Shown: positions 63,637 through 64,000 of the stretch, piece by piece
Position numbering within the stretch: position 1 is the first letter of the stretch
How the letters are laid out: each line of letters opens with the position of its first letter
DNA from: Mobula hypostoma
Taxonomy: Eukaryota
NCBI RefSeq assembly: GCF_963921235.1
Contig: NC_086097.1
Coordinates: 209,810,001 to 209,874,000, forward strand
DNA: 64,000 bases
Direction of reading: 5' to 3'
Translations under genes and position numbers: made by a program
Notes under the pieces: model-generated
What the model was told of the DNA's origin: nothing
The model's database searches: none
Seen by the model: the letters and a program-made list of their open reading frames with translations, nothing else

Positions 63637-64000
63637 TAAATTCATTGTACTGTTTCAGCTCAGTGGTATAATTAATTTCAATTCAGCTACAAAAAATAAA
63701 AGCCACTTCCACAGCTTTGTGAGAAAAACAATATGCACACAAACATCAATGCCATCATAAGTTTATTGTTTACCCATTTACATTCATGAAGCCTACACAT
63801 CAGTTGTCCCTAATGCTAGTGTGGGAAATATGAAATCTTAATATTTACTCTGTCTCCCAAGTACTGTCTAAGTGGCAGCAGTGAATAAGATGGCTGACTG
63901 CTTTGTGTTAATATTGTCTAAATCTTGAAAAAATGCTGTAGCTCTTGCAGTTTGCATTGGCAATTTGAAAGCACCTCCTTATTGACACATGTATAGTAGT

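Overview
Vertebrate nuclear DNA, AT-rich and very repeat-dense. The repeat set (CR1-type LINEs, Rex1/Babar-type LINEs, Penelope-like elements, a V-domain SINE) suggests a cartilaginous fish, probably a ray or shark (inference). The only host gene I can support is the last coding exon of XKR4 (+ strand, 56192-57120) with about 1.9 kb of probable 3' UTR. Everything upstream looks like one intron longer than 56 kb, filled with mobile elements: a near full-length Ty3/Gypsy element (30036-34420), an internally deleted endogenous retrovirus (about 18450-21100), CR1 and Rex1 LINE pieces, two MER1/Charlie-like hAT derivatives, Tc1/mariner/Tigger derivatives, SINEs and a 25-bp minisatellite. Main discoveries: (1) the Gypsy element has no tRNA-type primer binding site; instead a perfect 16-nt complement to its own LTR, covering the AATAAA, sits at the PBS position, suggesting self-priming and/or poly(A)-signal masking, and its RT reads YLDN; (2) a dispersed family of Penelope terminal repeats carries minimal type I hammerhead ribozymes, two with intact cores, several arranged as short palindromic elements; (3) several cases of elements being remodelled (palindromic Tc1, LINE tail captured in a hAT, minisatellite born from a LINE end). 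Most short ORFs in the track are repeat-derived or spurious. All alignments were done by eye, so boundaries of old repeats are approximate.
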